DNA from: Anthoceros angustus
Lineage: Eukaryota; Plantae; Anthocerotophyta
Direction: 5' to 3'
Assembly: GCA_010909165.1 (NCBI GenBank)
Contig: VJWM01000118.1
Coordinates: 248,001-312,000, forward strand
Length of the DNA: 64,000 nt
Each line of letters opens with the position of its first letter. Positions within the stretch are counted from its first letter, which is position 1. Positions 12,327 to 26,100 of this stretch are shown piece by piece. The notes beneath the pieces are model-generated. The model did not search any database and was not told the DNA's origin. It saw nothing but the letters and a program-made list of their open reading frames with translations. The translations under genes were made by a program, and so were the position numbers.

Positions 12327-13152
12327 TGTGGAATGGGTTTTTGCATCTGAAGACGCAAAGAGGCCACATTTACCCTCTATGTCGTTATAGTCCTAGGATT
12401 CGATCCCAAGGGAATGGTGTTGTGTCAAGGTGTGCTAAATCTATGGATTCTAGAGCCTGCCGCTGCCACCTCACCTTCTCCAGCTACCTTGCCCAAACCC
12501 ACCACGTGGTAGACTCGGCCACCGCGTGGCAGTTCGCCACCGTGGCGGGCCCCACCACAGACCCCTCTCGCCTTCGCGGAGTCTATTCACCGACTTCTCT
12601 AACACGGACCTAGGGGCTATCGGACACCTATACGCCTCACCTTACTGGAAATTTGCGATCCTACCACGCTTCCACTCCCCTACGCTTTCGATTTTCCCTC
12701 ACGCTCTCACAATCCCTCCCACACAACTACTCCTCCGGAACCTTTCCCTTCCAATGAACTCTCTCGTCTCACGGGCCACAGACCCCTTTTCCCTTGGCCA
12801 CAGACCTCCTTGGCCACAGACCCCTCTCTCATGGAATGAACACACACAGTGGCAGCGGTTGGAAAGAGGATCGGAAGAAACCCGGTGCTTGGGCGATTCG
12901 CCTTCCGGCGATTCCGCCTCGGCCGTCGCGGCGATCCTACCTCTTTTCGGCCCATGGGGACCCCTCTCGCCTTCCGTTACCCAGGCGTGGAGCTTGGCCA
13001 CTCCGCTCTCGACCATCCGAGATCTTCCGGCCTTCTTGTGAAGAGCGGTCCGAACCCGTTTGATGCGACGACGCCTCCAATCAACCCCACTCGGCGGTTC
13101 GATACACGGAAGTTCACACGAAATCGTCGCCTTGAGAGACACCCAAAGGGTC

Positions 13153-13159
13153 TCTTATA
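13153..13159 (-). promoter_or_regulatory. Putative TATA box of the B LTR (equivalent at 23982-23988)
   Basis: GTATAAGAG on the minus strand, ~830 bp from the LTR end; the same motif occupies the equivalent position in C. Confidence 0.55.
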
Positions 13160-13299
13160 CATCCGGGCGTGGTCCAACACACTCACTTCTCTTTAGTGTC
13201 TAAAATTGTAGCTCCTACCACGGCGCCTTACCAATCTAAGCAACAACTCACGATGATGGAACTCCCTATCCTCTACGAAAAAAACCCGGTCCTAGGCTA

Positions 13300-16200
13300 T
13301 CGCGACTCTCCTAAAATCAGCTGCCGCCTCGCGATTCTTTGCCTCGCCCTCGGCCCATGGGGACCCCTCTCGCTCTTGGCCTCGCCTCCGATCCGAGCGA
13401 TTTTCCCCACAACCTCCACCTCGCTCACCGCCTGAATTTCCCTCGCGCCTTCCCCGCGACGTTGCCTGTCCCTCTATGTCCATTGTCCGCTCCTCCTCAT
13501 TTGGACAACCATACGTGCTCCTCCCTCCATGCTCGCTGCGCCTCGCTCATCTCTTCCGGCACCACTTGCGGAGGATAGGCGCCCGCTCCTACTCGAAGGA
13601 ACCAGCAGTAGCGCTGTGGCGGTCAAGATGTCTGACCGGTGGTTTACGCCCCTCTGTCCCAACAACCACATACACGTTTAGAGTGAGCACCCGCTCACCA
13701 TGCGGCGGCCGAGGACATGAGCATCCTCATCCGGACGCCGTAGCACACACGCCCTTCCGATGAGGTCCTTACCCTCTCCTCCGTGGACAATCCGGGCGGC
13801 GTTGATTCTCGGGGATCATCCCTCCATCTGCGACACTCCGTCGGTGACTTCCCCACCTCGGTTCCCGTTCCACGGCGGTGGCTGGTTTAGCCACCGTGGT
13901 GGTTGCTTCCACGGTGGTTGTTTGGCTCTGCGGTGGCATTGCTCGGCCTTTCTTGGTTTGGCCACCTCTCTCTTGACTCGGCCCTAGCCGTCTCTTTCCG
14001 CTTGTACCTCTCCGACTTCTTGAATTTCTCCAAGGCGCCATCGCCCACCGCTCCTGGACTCGCGAGACCTCATCTGAAGCTCTTCAATTGTAGCATCGCC
14101 CCTTGACTGATTTACTAAAGCTTCTCGAGTGGACATGTGCCTTAAGCCTCGTGCCTTGCATAAGGCCGCCGCACTCCGTCTGCGCTCCTCGGCCGCCTTG
14201 CTCTCGCCTTCGGGCTCTCCAACTTCTCCTTGAGCAACTTCTCCTGGCCTTGCACACTCCCAAGTGAGAGCCATGGTCGCTTGATCGAGGAGATCCGCTG
14301 CGTCGTGCCATGGCGAAGTCAAACCTCGCAAATCCCCAAATTGGGCTGTCCCTTGCCCATCCGCCTCCACAACAATTCTCGTGTGGCGGTCAAGATGTCT
14401 GACCGGTGGTTTACGCCCCTCTGTCCCAACAACCACATACGTTTAGAGTGAGCACGCTCACCATGCGGCGGCCGAGGACATGAGCATCCTCATCCGGACG
14501 CCGTAGCACAATGTCGCCCCGCCGATACGGAGGTCCTTACCCTCTCCTCCGTGGACAATCACAGGCGGTGCTGATTCTCGGGGATCATCCCTCCATCTGC
14601 GACACTCGTGGTGACTTCCCCACCTCGGTTCCCGTTCCACGGCGGTGGCTGGTTTAGCCACCGTGGTGGTTGCTTCCACGGTGGTTGTTTGGCTCTGCGG
14701 TGGTTTGCTCGGCCTTTCTTGGTTTGGCCACCTCTCTCTTGACTCGGCCCTAGCCGTCTCTTTCCGCTTGTACCTCTCCGACTTCTTGAATTTCTCCAAG
14801 GCGCCATCGCTTCCGCTCCTGGACTCGCGAGACCTCATCAAGCTCTTCAATTGTAGCATCGCCCCTTGACTGATTTACTAAAGCTTCTGAGTGGACATGT
14901 GCCTTAAGCCTCCTGTGCATAAGGCCGCCGCACTCCGTCTGCGCTCCTCGGCCGCCTTGCTCTCGCCTTCGGGCTCTCCAACTTCTCCTTGAGCAACTTC
15001 TCCTGTTGGCCTTGCACACTCGGTAAGTGAGAGCCATGGGCTTGATCGAGGAGATCCGCTGCGTCGTGCCATGGCGAAGTCAAACCACCAAATCCCCAAA
15101 TTGGGCTGTCCCTTGCCCATCCGCCTCCACAACAATTCTCGTGTCGGTGTCTCCTATCCCCACCTCGGACGGGGTTCGGTGAAATGTCGCCAAAATGTCC
15201 GGAGTCTGCGGTCTCGGCTGAAGTTAACCCCTCCTCTCCTAGGGGTTGGTGCTTGCCTCTTCCCGCTTCATTCTCCCTAGCGGCGATTCATCCCCACAGG
15301 AGGGAGCAACTTGCCATTTCCCTTTACTTTCTCCTCCTTTACCGCGTTCTGCTGCCGTCGACTGGTGACCACAGGTGTGGCTGTGGGTTCCTCCTCGGCC
15401 GCCTCCCTTCTTCGCCGATCCCGTTCGACCGTTGCGCCGCTTCTTACCCTTGGAAACTTCCTCCTCTTAGAACCTTCGAGCGCACTCCCAAGCTGGAATC
15501 CTTGCGAATCCTCCTTCAATTCCTCCTCTTCTACCTTGAGTTCTGACCGGCTTCCAACCATGCAGGCGGACATGACTTCCAACTCCGTTAAACACCGGAA
15601 TGCAAATACATGAATCGAGAAAAGGCGAAATCAAGGAGGGCCGAGGGAAGAAGAGAGTAAATTCGCCTTCTCCTCACAGGCTCTTTCGAAAATCATCCTC
15701 CCCAATCAATTTGTGTACCCTTGACCACCTCGTGAAGAAAAACCAAGAAGTGATCCGCCATATGATCCGACTTAGGTTACAGGAACACAAAATCCATTTG
15801 GCCAATCCCACCATTGCGACGAGTTGGCGAGTCACCCGACCATTGTTCACTCTCACTTCCCAGGCTTCATGAGCGCCGTGCTTTCAAGGTCTTCTTTGGG
15901 GTCAATCACCAAGCTCCCATCCTCGATGCTTCTCGCCCATACTTTGCTCGAAAGAGGCCAAATCCAGTTCTGCGGCCTTTTCCTCGCGTCACCCTCTTGC
16001 GACTTGGTCCTTAATTGCGGGCGCACTCTTGCACCAATGCGGTGTAGCACCATTTCTTCTCCATGAACTTGAGACCCGGCTCACGCAGGTACCGGCTCTC
16101 ACTTTCCGATGGTCCATGTTGGGCCCTGCGTGAGTGGGATTTCGGCCGCGGCTCGGGCGCCATCTCCTTCTCGTTGTCTCCCAAAACAAAACCTCGACTA

Positions 16201-16450
16201 CCCTGCGGATCACGGTCGGAAGAGAAAAAAAATCGAGCCGCCCTCGCGCTCCTTCCACGCCTCCTCGCGAACTTGCGGCGCCCGATTTCTCTCCTCCGCC
16301 GCCGCTCGCTCGATCGTCGCGCCTTTTCCTCCTGCAGTGAGGCGGTGATTTGGCTGGCAACGCCGCTCTTGCTGCAGCCCGCTCCAGCCTCACGGAAAGT
16401 CGCGACATGTCTGGGTGTGCCCTTCTCCCGATTCGCTCCGTGTGGTAGTC
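13300..16450 (-). pseudogene. LTR-embedded accessory ORF, B 3' LTR copy (frameshifted, limits approximate)
   Basis: An alternate frame around 15600-15800 gives HMADHFLVFLHEVVKGTQIDWG and ISPFL..HVF, homologous to DHMGDNLLVFLHALLRGKRVDWG..LSPFILHVW of A; followed by a charged, coiled-coil-like region. Confidence 0.65.
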
Positions 16451-16811
16451 CCGCTCCGCCACTAGGGTTGTAAATTCCCACAGTGCATGCGTCCGTTTCT
16501 CGGCCACCGTGGTGGAACTAGCCACCACCCCACTTGACTACACAATGTGGCATATTGTGAGCATCCCTAGCATATATAGACACCTTTTATTCTAAAATTC
16601 CCAATACCCAAGGACTCTATTTCTACCCCACCTCCGGGGTCAAACCTAAGGGTCGAAAAATTATTATTATCTCCAAGGGCCAAGGACCATTCCGTATAAA
16701 AGACGACTCGACGATTCTCAAAGCACTCTGCTATTCTAACACACCCAAAACAAAAAAAATCGTTCACCCTGACACTTGAGAGCGGGGTTAGTTCACATGT
16801 GGTCTTCCACA

Positions 16812-16824
16812 TACTCCCCTTCTC
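16812..16824 (-). promoter_or_regulatory. Polypurine tract of B
   Basis: GAGAAGGGGAGTA immediately before the TGTGG start of the 3' LTR. Confidence 0.9.
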
Positions 16825-16846
16825 ATTTGTTGGCGTCCTCGCCAAC

Positions 16847-19800
16847 TTATTGGTAATATTTCTTGACCCGCCAACCGTTGACGCGCGTTGGCAAGGGTGA
16901 GCCACTAAGGTACTGGAGTTGAATTGATCCGTTGTCGAAAACTTCTGAAACTCTGAAGGGCCCCATCCATCTGAGATGTAATTTACCTGGAAAGTGCATG
17001 TATCGGTTATCGTATAGTAAAGCCAGATCCCCAGGAACAACGTATTCTTGACGCTTCAGTCTCTTGTCGTGCCACTCCTTCCTCCTGTGCTGGACATCCC
17101 GCATAACTTGGAGGGCTTGTTCTCTGTCCTCCGTGTGTCGTACGAAACTCACCAACCTTTCCAACTGACTTTCCTCCACTGGCATTCGACTTGGTTCCTG
17201 TATTCTCAGAGTGGGAACTTCGAATTCTATTGGCATGATGAATGCCGTAAGTAAGATAATCTGAGGTTTCTGCGTTGTCACCTTTTCCAGGTCATGCCCA
17301 CTGATCTTGAATGCGATTTCATATCGATCATACGCATAGTGAGTGAGTTTGGTTAGGATCTTGCACAACAAGCCATTTGCCTTTTCCACCCATTGGCTTT
17401 TGGGTTATAAGGCGTGGACTTCACGTGGCGGCGTTGAAGTGGTTGGTCATGTTGGAGATTACGATTGACGAAATGTGTTCCTCATCACCCATCAGCCCCA
17501 TGGGTGATGATTTGCTCGAGCAGAATCACGACGTCGCGAATCTACTGCAGCTGCTTCTACCATCCGCGTCTGATGTCTGGCCACGGGATGTATTGGTTTT
17601 GGCGAGCCTTGGTTTTGGGTGGATAGGACCGACAAAATCGATTCCCCATTTCTCGAATGGTGCGGTGCAAGTATGGGGACAAGGGGCCATTGGGTTGTTC
17701 TTTGTTGGCTTGCCGACCCTTTGGCAAGCGTCACGGCTTCACGAACTCCCCGGCATCCTTGTACATTGTAGGCCACCAATAGCCGACCTCAAAATTTTCA
17801 CGCATGTGACATGCGGCATAATGACCTCCGCCTCTTCTTCGTGTAAAGAGCTCGGGACTCGCTCACCGCTTGATGCGTACCCATAACCGCTCCTGCCCGA
17901 TGACTCGGTATAAATTCATGTTGTGCCGTGTGAATGGTCTGGAGTAGTGGACAAACGCTTGAATCTATGTCTTGGATAGCTGTGGAGGAATTTGGCCTGT
18001 GCCAAGATAATCGTATATCTCCTGATATGTTGGTCTTCCGAAGCCACCCTCCCTTCTCAATCGATCTTGGCTCCCTCCTTCCGAACTGGCTTCACCGTTG
18101 GTTTGCAACTCCTGCGAGCAGTGTCTCATCGGGAAAGTCGTCTTCCTGGTCCTTTCCACCTTCCCTGTTTTCAATCGAGATATGAAGTCGGCATTGATAT
18201 GCTTCCTACCCTCTCTCGTTTCCACTGTGAAGGTAAACTCCTGAAGCAGCAAGATCCAGCGGGCTATGCGTCCCGAAAGGTCAGGTTTATTCACAAGGTG
18301 TTTCAAGGCAAAGTGGTCAACATGGAACACAAATTCATACGAGAGGAGGTAGTGTCTGAATTTCCTGACCGAGTAAACCATTCCCGTGCTTGGCGCTCGT
18401 GGTATACTTTCGCTCCGCGTCCGTTAGTTGTCTCGGCATAGTAGATCGGAAAATCCTTCTTCTTCTCATCCGGCTAAGGACCCCAATTGCAAATCTTTGA
18501 AACATCAGCAGCGTGGAACTTCTTACTCGATCCGGTCCTTTTAGCGTGGGGCTGTAGCGATGTGGTGCGTAAGTCACGAAATGCTTCCTCCGTTCGTCGT
18601 CCACTCCCACCCGATCCTTCCTTAACAAGCTCGTTAGTGGGGCGGCCGCTTGGCGAAATTTGGAGCAAGCGTCTATAATCGACCATCCCGGGAACCCGCG
18701 GAGTTCCTTTTAGCGTTATTGGTGCTCTAAGGGTGGCGATGACCTTTACCTTGTCCGGATCTACTTCTATACCTCGGCTTGAAAATTGATGCTAGCGAAT
18801 TCCTCGACATGCCAAGTAGCACTTTTACGGATGCGAGCATAATTGCGTTGCTCGGCGCTCGAGCACTTCCGAGGTGCGGCGGATGGTCCTTGAGCCCACG
18901 AAGTCGCCAAAACTTCCATAAAGTCGCGAAGGAAGTCCTTGAAAATTTTGTGATGGCTCGCATGAAGGACCAGTGCTCCGTCAACCCAAATGCGCTGCTT
19001 GTAAGCATATGTCCCCGATCGGTTGTAAAAGCGGTCGAGGCCAATCGCTCTCCCTAAGGTGCGGTGATTATACCCAGTACCCGTCTAGGAATGAATCGCC
19101 ATTACACTGCGACGGATCCGAGGATATTATCGATGAAGGGTAGCGGAAAGTGATCCTTCTTGGTGACCTTATTCAACCTTCTCGATCGACAAACTCGGAT
19201 TTTGCACAGGCGCCTCTTAGGTACTACCACTATTGGAGCCACCCATTCGGTATTGACTATAGGATAGATCACGTCCGCCTTGAGGTACATCTCCAAGCGA
19301 TCCTTTACCTTGAGGAGTACTTGGATTTAACTTGTCTTGTGGAATCCTTCGGATTGCTCCACGGTTCCAGTCAATCCTATGCTCGCCCCATTCTTTGGGG
19401 ATCCCTTCATGTCTGTACCTCGGCGAAAACATCGATAAATTACGCGGTTGCTTCATTCCTTCCTCCAACGCCGCATCCATTGTTACGGAGAATTTGAGCA
19501 CCTTACGGAAGAACCTCAACGTCCTTGACTTCATCACTGTACCGCGCTCTCTAAGTGCGGTGCTAACCCGAATCCTTCTTACGGCTCCGGTTCCTCTTCT
19601 CTCATGCCCCATTCCCTAAACAAATCCTCCGGCGTGAGCTGCGTGGCGCCTCCTCCGCTTTCACCACTGCTTGCCCGGACCCCTTCCGGAGCATTCGGCG
19701 GTTACCCGTAATGACCCTCGGGTTAATTGTATATGGGATATCTGCGGTAGTCCCGCTCCTCATCGACCATGAGATGTGTGCGACGGAACCTATCTTCCTC

Positions 19801-20300
19801 TCCATCTCCCGGACGTGTCCTCTGCCGAGGTGTACCCTTTCGTTGGAGTTTCACTGCATACATGTCCTTACTCCACGATAGGCACATCCTTCCCTCCTTG
19901 GTCTTGGGATCCCATTCCAACGGTTTAAAACCGACTTCCTTCCTGCCCCACTTGAGCGTGCATTGCGATGCGTACATCCATGTTCGGCCAATTAGGACGT
20001 CGTACCCTGGCGATTTTTGCTGGATGACTACATAATCCATCAAGTAGGGGATGGTTCCAATGGTCGTTAGCACCCCGCCGTTCCCCCACCATTACGGACA
20101 TGTCGGCTAGCCTCAAAACCTTGGTAGTATGTTCAATATCCAAGCCCAATTTCCTAGCCGTGTCTTGTCATAATATTTTACCCCGTGTCGAGAGGCACTC
20201 CTTTGATGACACATCCGAAATTTCCACAGGTTGGTGGGCCTTGATCCACCATGGATACCAAGTTCACGCGAGCGGCCTGGTATATAGGAACATTGCGCCT
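16847..20300 (-). pseudogene. pol: B pol (PR-RT-RH-INT), frameshifted
   Basis: LDTG, YDVLIGRTW, EWVAPIVVVPK, KKDHFPLPFIDNIL, KFRHYLL..VDHFALKHLVNKPDLSGRIARWILLLQEF, EKANGLLCKIL, GKLHLRWMGPF, RVNGWRVKKYYQ*. Confidence 0.93.
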
Positions 20301-22800
20301 CTTTGGGTTGCGCCTCTTTTAACGCCCTCGATCATTGCCTATACGCGGATTGTCTCGGAGGAGTTGTCCGAATGTGATCATGAAATGTTGGTCCATGATG
20401 GCCTCGGCGAGATTGAAAGAAGCGGTGGCCGCGACCTCTACCATCCGAGTTTGGTTGGTGTGGGTTCCGGTTCGTCATGACTTGGGGTACGGTGGCCCTT
20501 CCGGTGGGGTGGTGGACTCCCACAGGGTGGTGGAAATCGACACCCCGCCTTTTCCCCGTAGCCTCCTTGCCAATTCTTCTTGTATCATATCCATGACTTC
20601 ACCCCGACGTCCGGTGGAAACCCTAACTCGGTTCGGTAACTCTCTGAAATCGGTAGGGTTCCACCCCTTGACTCCTTGTTGTCCGTGCACGACCCTTCAT
20701 TCATCCGCTCATTGGAACACTCAGTCTCATGCATCACTCTTTTGCACATATGGTCCATCCGCCAAGTCACCTGCAGGACTTGTTTTTTTCTCGTCTTTGG
20801 CCAACGTTCCCGGTGTTGGTATTTCCGCCCCCGAGCTGGTGGCGACACTCTCTCCCTCATCTGATCCCGTGGTCGTATCCGCCTCCTTTCTTCTTTTTTT
20901 CCCCCCACGTCGCCTCTCTTTTGCTTTTGTGCTCCTTGTTCTAACGACCATGGCGGAGGCTTCCCCATAATAATCGCTTCCTACTGCGTCTAATCCCTCC
21001 AAGCTCCTCAGGGTTCCAATCTCGGCATCCTCCCATACCGCCATAAGTGCGTCCTCAACATGCATGGCGGACCGGACTTGGGTTTGGTCTGAACTCCCGT
21101 ACGGTGGCTGCGATCCTCACCGTCTTTCGGGGCTTTGGCGAGCACACTTCACGCCAAATGCCCTGCGCTGCAATCTTGACATAGTTTATCAAAATCTCCA
21201 TTGCCTTGACGAGTTGGATAAGGGCTGCATAGTGTCCAAGGTTGCGACAATTATAGCACAAGACGGTACCCATTGGATTGTTACCCGCCCTGATTCTGAC
21301 GCCTACCCGTGGAATTACGTGGTTGGGTACATGGTCTTTGGGTACACTTGGGTTGGTGAACCTCCGGATCGTATGTATCTTCCACGGACCCTCTTCCTCC
21401 TCTTCCTCATATCCCAGTGTACCCTTGTCGTCGGACAATTAGCTTTGGAGTGTCCCTGCTGCCACGTTGAAGAAGAGGTTGGCTCGTGGGTTCGTGATGC
21501 CTCCGCCTCTCATGTTCCTTGACCGCATTAAGATGGAATTTCTCGAATTTTGCCATCATCTCCTCCATCTTGTTCCCTGTTGTTCTACTTTCTTGGCTAC
21601 CTCGGCCTCCCTTCTTTTTCCATTTGGCGCTCCTCATCGATGGCCTTCCTCCTCTTCCTCATAGTTTAGCGCCTTGATAGCCTTGCCCTTGCCACTCCTT
21701 GTTGTCCGTGCACGACCCTTCATTTCTTTTTCCATTTGGCGCTCCTCATCGATGGCCTTCCTCCTCTTCCTCCTCTTCCTCCTCAGGAACTTTACGTGGA
21801 ATCTTCCGTGGAGCTTTCTTCACGATGAACTTCCTTAGGAGGATGAGGAATCCTTCTTTTTCCAGGGGCTTCTTCTTCTCCTTCTTAGCCTTCCTCCTCC
21901 CTTGCGGGTTGGATTCCTCATAGTTTAGCGCCTTGATAGCCTTGCCCAAATTCTTCTCCGCTTGTAACCTTCGTGTCTCCCCATCTTAGAACCCGGGCCT
22001 TTAGCGAACCACCGTGTGCAACTCAGTGAGGGCCACTTGATCGCGTGGTGAAACCTCTCCACATACGCTGCAAGGTTTCCTTCTTTCCTCTGCAGTTTTC
22101 AAGCTTGGACAACACGTATCCCTCGTCAAGCCCCGAACCTTTCACAGGCGGTTTTAATTCTTCATAGGTTCTTTGGAGGTGTGGTGACTTGAGGTATTCG
22201 CGCCTATACCACTGGACCCCGAAGAACTCAGAGAACAATCTGTGCATCTCCGCTTCTGGTTTGCAAATGTCAGCTCAAAACGCTCAACAAATTCATCGGG
22301 TCTTCATACCCCTTCCCTCTCCATACGGAAGGTTGCTTGGTGGTGACCACCACCGTGCAACTCAGTGAGGGCCACTTGATCGCGTGGTCATGAAACCTCT
22401 CCACATACGCTGCAAGGTTTCCTTCTTTCCTCTGCTTTTCAAGCTTGGACAACACGTATCCCTCGTCAAGCCCCGAACCTTTCACAGGCGGTTTTAATTC
22501 TTCATAGGTTCTTTGGAGGTGTGGTGACTTGAGGTATTCGCGCCTATACCACTGGACCCCCCCGAAGAACTCCATAGAACAATGAATCTGTGCATCTCCC
22601 GCTTCCTGGTTTGCAAATGTCAGCTGCTCAAAACGCTCAACAAATTCATCAGGGTCTTCATACCCCTTCCCTCTCCATACGGATAAGGTTGCTTGGTGGT
22701 GACCACCGGTGTGGTGGTGGTCATGACTATCGTTCGATTGTGTGGTTGGTCCAACAACGGTTCCTGCGGGAGTCGATTGATCTCCAACAGTCTGCACACT
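20300..22800 (-). pseudogene. gag: B gag, frameshifted with local duplications
   Basis: WRGKGYEDPDEFVERFEQL, YVERFHD, zinc knuckle CYNCRNLGHYA (~21225-21260). Confidence 0.8.
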
Positions 22801-23140
22801 TTTGGAAGAGGTCAGTGGATGGAATTGGTCCGAGGTTCCTTGGCGGTGGTACCTCGTCCAAGTCCAGAGGTTGGGGATCTTGCTCCAACAAGATCGGACC
22901 CCGTCCCAGTTGCTTCCTTACCTCCTTCTCCTTCCAACGGGTGCTTCTTCCGGCTGGACCCTCCTCAACTCGCGGTTTGCAACCCTTTTAACCTTTCCGG
23001 TGCTTGGCGTTGTCGCTTCTCGTGTGGCCTTCCGTCCCGACTTGACTCGAACCCTCGACTCAACCCGTGGCATCCATCTACCTAACTAGATACACTCCAA
23101 AACTAGACACCTAAGCTATGGTTAGTCCCCTATAACCTTG

Positions 23141-23159
23141 AGTTTCATTCCAAGCGCCA
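23141..23159 (-). promoter_or_regulatory. PBS of B
   Basis: LTR end CCACA, then TTT, then TGGCGCTTGGAATGAAACT; resembles the Athila tRNA-Asp-type PBS TGGCGCCGTTGCCGGGGA. Confidence 0.75.
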
Positions 23160-23162
23160 AAA

Positions 23163-26100
23163 TGTGGAATGGGTTTTGCATCCGAAGACGCAAAGAGGCC
23201 ACATTTACCCTCTATGTCGTTATAGTCCTAGGATTCGATCCCAAGGGAATGGTGTTGTGTCAAGGTGTGCTAAATCTATGGATTCTAGACCGTGCCGCTA
23301 CCTCACCTTCTCCAGCTACCTTGCCCAAACCCACCACGGTGGTAGACTCGGCCACCGTGGTAGACTCGGCCACCGTGGCCCCACCACGCGCCGCCTTCGG
23401 AGTCTATTCTGCCACCGACTTCTCTAACACGGACCTAGGGGCTATCGGACACCTATACGCCTCACCTTCTCCGCTTCTGGTTTGCAACCCTTTTAACCTT
23501 TCCCTTGGGCCACAGACCCTCCTCAACTCGCGGTTTGCAACCCTTTTAACCTTTCCCTTGGGCCACACAGACCCTCCTCACACAACTACTCCTCGGAACC
23601 TTTCCCTTCCCAATGAACTCTCTCTCGTCTCACGGGCCACAGACCCCTTTCCCTTGGGCCACACAGACCTCCTTGGGCCACAGACCCCTCTCTCATGGAA
23701 TGAACACACAGTGGCGGTTGGAAAGAGGATGGAAGAACCCGCCAGCTTGGGCGATTCGCCTTCCGATTCGCACCTCGGTCCGCGATCCTACCTCTTTTTC
23801 CGGCGCCGCCTTCAGGCGTGGAGCTTGGCCACTCCGCTCTCGACCATCCGAGATCTTCCGGCCTTCTTGTGACGAGACGTGCGCAACCCGTTTGATGCCG
23901 ACGACGTCCAATCAACCCCACTCGGCGGTTCGATACGGAAGTTCACACGAAATCGTCGCCTTGAGAGACACCCAAAGGGTCTCTTATACATCGGTGTGGT
24001 CCAACACTCACTTCTCTTTAGTGTCTAAAATTGTAGCTCCTACCACGGCGCCTTACCAATCTAAGCAACATGACTCTACTGATGGAACTCCCTATCCTCT
24101 ACGAAAAACCCGGTCCTAGGCTATCGCGACTCTCCTAAAATCAGCTGCCGCCTCGCGATTCTTTGCCTCGCCCTCGGCCCATGGGGACCCCTCTCGCTCG
24201 GCCTGCCTCCGATCCGAGCGATTTTCCCCACAACCTCCACCTCGCTCTCACCTGAATTTCCCTCGCGCCTTCCAGCGGACGTTGCGCCTTTGTGTCCTCT
24301 ATGTCCATTGTCCGCTCCTCCTCATTTGGACAACCATACGTGCTCCTCCCTCCATGCTCGCTGCGCCTCGCTCATCTCTTCCGGCACCACTTGCGGAGGA
24401 TAGGCGCCCGCTCCTACTCGAAGGAACCAGTAGCCTGTGGCGGTCAAGATGTCTGACCGATGGTTTACGCCCCTCTGTCCCAACAACCACATACACGTTT
24501 AGAGTGAGCACCGCTCACCATGCGTGAAGCGACATGAGCATCCTCATCCGGACGCCGTAGCACACACGCCTTCATAGAGGTCCTTACCCTCTCCTCCGTG
24601 GACAATCACAGGCGGCTGTTGATTCTCGAGGATCATCCCTCCATCTGCGACACTCCGTCGGTGACTTCCCCACCTCGGTTCCCGTTCCACGACGGTGGCT
24701 GGTTTAGCCACCGTGGTGGTTGCTTCCCCCACGGTGGTTGTTTGGCTCCTGCGGTGGTTGCTCGGCCTTTCTTGGTTTGGCCACCTCTCTCTTGACTCGG
24801 CCCTAGCCGTCTCTTTCCGCTTGTACCTCTCCTTCTTGAATTTCTCCAAGGCGCCATCGCTTCCACTGCTGGACTCGCGAGACCTCATCTGAAGCTCTTC
24901 AATTGTAGCATCGCCCCTTGACTGATTTACTAAAGCTTCTGCTGAGTGGACATGTGCCTTAAGCCTCGTGCCTTGCATAAGGCGCCGCACTCCGTCTGCG
25001 CTCCTCGGCCGCCTTGCTCTCGCCTTCAGGCTCTCCAACTTCTCCTTGAGCAACTTCTCCTGGCCTTGCACACTCGGCCAAGTGAGAGCCATGGGCTTGA
25101 TCGAGGAGATCCGCTGCGTCGTGCCATGGCAAGTCAAACCACCGCAAATCCCCAAATTGGGCTGTCCCTTGCCCATCCGCCTCCACAACAATTCTCGTGT
25201 CACGGTGTCTCCTATCCCCACCTCGTAGGACGGTTCGGTGAAATGTCGCCAAAAATGTCCGGAGTCTGCGGTCTGAAGTTAACCCTCCTAGGGGTTGGTC
25301 TGCACGCCTTCTCCCGCTTCATTCTCCCTAGCGGCGATTCATCTGCACAGGGGAGCAACTTGCCATTTCCCTTTACTTTCTCCTCCTTACCTGCCTCGCT
25401 GTCTTCGACTGGTGACCACAGGTGTGGCTGTGGGTTCCTCCTCGGCCCTTCTTCCGATCCCGTTCGACTGTCGCCGCTTACCCTTGGAAACTTCCCCACC
25501 CTCTTCCGAACCTTCGAGCGCACTCCCAAGCTGGAATCCTTGCCCGAATCCTCCTTCAATTCCTCCTCTTCTACCTTGAGTTCCACCGGCTTCCAACCAT
25601 GCAGGCGGACACTTCAACTCCGTTAAACACCGGAATGCGCAAATACATGAATCGGAAAAGGCGAAATCAAGGAGGGCCGAGGGAAGAAGAGAGTAAATTC
25701 GCCTCACAGGCTCTTTCGAAAATCATCCTCCCCAATCAATTTGTGTACCCTTGACCACCTCGTGAAGAAAAACCAAGAAGTGATCCGCCATATGATCCGC
25801 TTGGGTTCAGAGGAAACACAAAATCCATTTGGCCAATCCCACCATTGCAGAACACGAGTTGGCGAGTCACCCACCCATTGTTCACTCTCACTTCCCAGGC
25901 TTCATGAGCGGCGCCGCAGCTTTCAAGGTCTTCTTTGGGGTCAATCACCAAGCTCCCATCCTCGATGCTTCTCGCCCATACTGCTCGAAAGAGGCCAAAT
26001 CCGCTGCGGCCTTTTCCTCGCGTCACCCTCTTGCGACTTGGTCCTTAATTGCGGGCGCACTCTTGCACCAATGCGTATGTCGCACCATTTCTTCTCCATG

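Larger units (their letters stand above)
12327..16811 (-). repeat. Element B 3' LTR (~4.5 kb including a 767-bp internal duplication)
   Basis: Collinear with 23163-26819; PPT adjacent. Confidence 0.93.

Noticed and set aside
16847-20300. Tat/Ogre classification suggested by long LTRs
   Set aside because: No additional archaeal-type RNase H seen, and the PBS and RT motifs are Athila-like. Exact lineage still needs a phylogeny.
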